Shown here one piece after another: positions 62,390-64,000 of a stretch of 64,000 bases of DNA (position 1 is the stretch's first letter; each line of letters starts with the position of its first letter). Both the position numbers and the translations under genes were made by a program. The notes under the pieces are model-generated. The model saw only the letters and a program-made list of their open reading frames with translations. It had not been told where the DNA came from and made no database searches. This stretch comes from Cirrosporium novae-zelandiae (taxonomy: Eukaryota), in NCBI GenBank assembly GCA_026023565.1, contig JAPETS010000014.1, forward strand, positions 124,001 to 188,000. Reading direction: 5' to 3'.

Positions 62390-64000
62390 ATGGATTCAAT
62401 TGGAAAAGCCGACGGCCAGCTCCCTAGCGAACGCACACCATTACTCGCAACCCCGAATAGTGATCGCAGACTCGCCTCGGCCTACAGTCAGCAGTTATCT
62501 TCGGCTCACGAACAATTGGACTCTGATATCGAGGATGGTCAATTAGATCTCGACCTTGCGAGAATAGTCTCTGGTTCAAGTGGCATCGGGATCGAGCCCC
62601 AAGTGGAAGAATTCATATACCCGACAATTGATGTTCCTCGGAAGAGGAACTCAGACAGCACATTGTGTGATGCTGCAAAACATTACGAGGAAGAGTCACA
62701 AAGTGACGGCGATACTCTTCATTATGAATCCAGATATATAGGAATAGGCGTTTTCAAGTTCTGGACCATTTTCATTTGTGTTTTGTTAGGCTACTTCGTG
62801 CGTCCTTGATGGCCTCCTGCTAAGGTTTTTACATGCTAACGAAGAAAGATTGCTTGTTTCGACTCTACCCTCATGGCATCCAGCCACCCGGTGATAACCT
62901 CATACTTCCATGCTTCGAATTCAGCTTCTTGGCTCTCTACTGCCTTCTTGTTGACATCGACTGCCTTCCAGCCATTATTTGGAAGGGTTTCCGACACTGT
63001 AGGTCGTCGGCCGATCTACCTATTTGTTTTGATAATTTTCTCCTTAACAACTTCATGGTGTGCTTTGGCCCAGAGCATTGGCAGTTTCATTGCAGCACGT
63101 GCTATTTCTGGGCTTGGAGCTGGGGGTACCATGTCGCTAGGGATGATCATAATCAGCGATTTAGTACCAATTGAAGATCGTGGTATATACCAATCGTATC
63201 TCAATCTTGCCTTTGGAACCGGTTCGGTAAGCGGCGCTGCCTTTGGAGGTTTCTTATGCGATCAACTTGGATGGCGATGGGCGTTCGGCATCCAGGTCCC
63301 ATATATCCTTATACTTTTTATTATAGCTTTCATCGCAACTCCAAGTGATCTTGGTCCAAATCTAGCAAAGTCGTCAGAGAAGACAACTTGGGAGATAATC
63401 AAAGGATTTGACATTGCGGGATCATTTGCGATTACTACTACCGTTGCACTACTTATTCTAGGTGTTAACCTTGGTGGAAACGTCCTCTCTTGGAGTCATC
63501 CCGTCGTCATATGCTCTTTAATTTTATCGATTATCACCATGGGTTTCGTTGTGAAGATCGAGTCGCATGCTGCACGGCCTGTCATGCCTTTATCGTTGCT
63601 TATGAGCAAACCTCGGGGAAATTTGATGTTTGGTAACTTTTTTGGAGCTATTGCTGGCAACGCTGTCATGTTCAACGTGCCCCTCTTCTTCCAAGCTGTG
63701 ACACTGGATAGCCCGACTAATTCTGGTCTTCGCCTTGCAATTCCATCAATATTTGTGACAATTGCTGCAGTTTCAACTGGATTCATTATCACATGGAGTC
63801 GTCGGTTAATGCCGATGGTGAGAGTAGGGGCAGGGTGCTTTTTGGTCGGTTCTATCTGCATGTCATGCATTTGGAAAGATATTCCGGAGTGGGCATCTAT
63901 GCTTTTCATTACAATTTCAAGCTCAGGGCAGGGATTTGGTTTTCCAGCCTCTACCATGTGCCTATTGGCGGCAAGTGCGCAAGAGGAGCAAGCTGTTGTT
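62390..64000 (+). CDS. MFS transporter (DHA2 / Vba-like vacuolar type); 3' end outside the window
   Basis: After an intron near 62798-62848 the frame reads IACFDSTLMASSHPVITSYF...FQPLFGRVSDTVGRR (motif A)...ARAISGLGAGG...LGWRWAF. The N-terminus carries an ERTPLL dileucine motif. Confidence 0.9.

Noticed and set aside
1..64000. Many short antisense or overlapping ORFs, and prokaryotic-type features (CRISPR, operons)
   Set aside because: The ORFs are shadows of real exons or of low-complexity repeats. The DNA is eukaryotic and its tandem repeats have no unique spacers.

Overview
Eukaryotic, intron-containing DNA from a filamentous ascomycete (Pezizomycotina; protein style suggests Eurotiomycetes, which is an inference). 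The window is gene-dense and mostly housekeeping, with 17 intact spliced or single-exon genes and one probable pseudogene. In order: sulfite reductase beta subunit (MET5), an orphan GPI-anchored wall protein, APP1 phosphatidate phosphatase, VCX1 Ca2+/H+ exchanger, a SNF2-RING ATPase, a Pof10-like F-box/WD40 protein, a GH72 glucanosyltransferase, an MpaB/DUF2236-like oxygenase, ADH1, DBR1, an Rpr2/Snm1 subunit, DDB1, 3-hydroxyisobutyrate dehydrogenase, the pseudogene, a YdfG/YMR226C-like SDR, a GH31 alpha-glucosidase, an OCH1-like GT32 and a partial MFS transporter. I see no transposon, tRNA, rRNA or secondary-metabolite backbone gene. Best leads: (1) a candidate box C/D snoRNA in the long HIBADH intron; (2) a Trp-repeat GPI protein with unusual domain order; (3) a duplicated SUMO-site plus SIM module in the SNF2-RING protein; (4) a GC-AG versus GT-AG donor choice next to a hairpin in the MpaB-like gene; (5) dense PacC/Rim101-type motif clusters; (6) an (E4K3)n helix in the GT32; (7) a divergent pair of 3-hydroxyacid dehydrogenases. 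Exon boundaries were read by eye and no database search was run.
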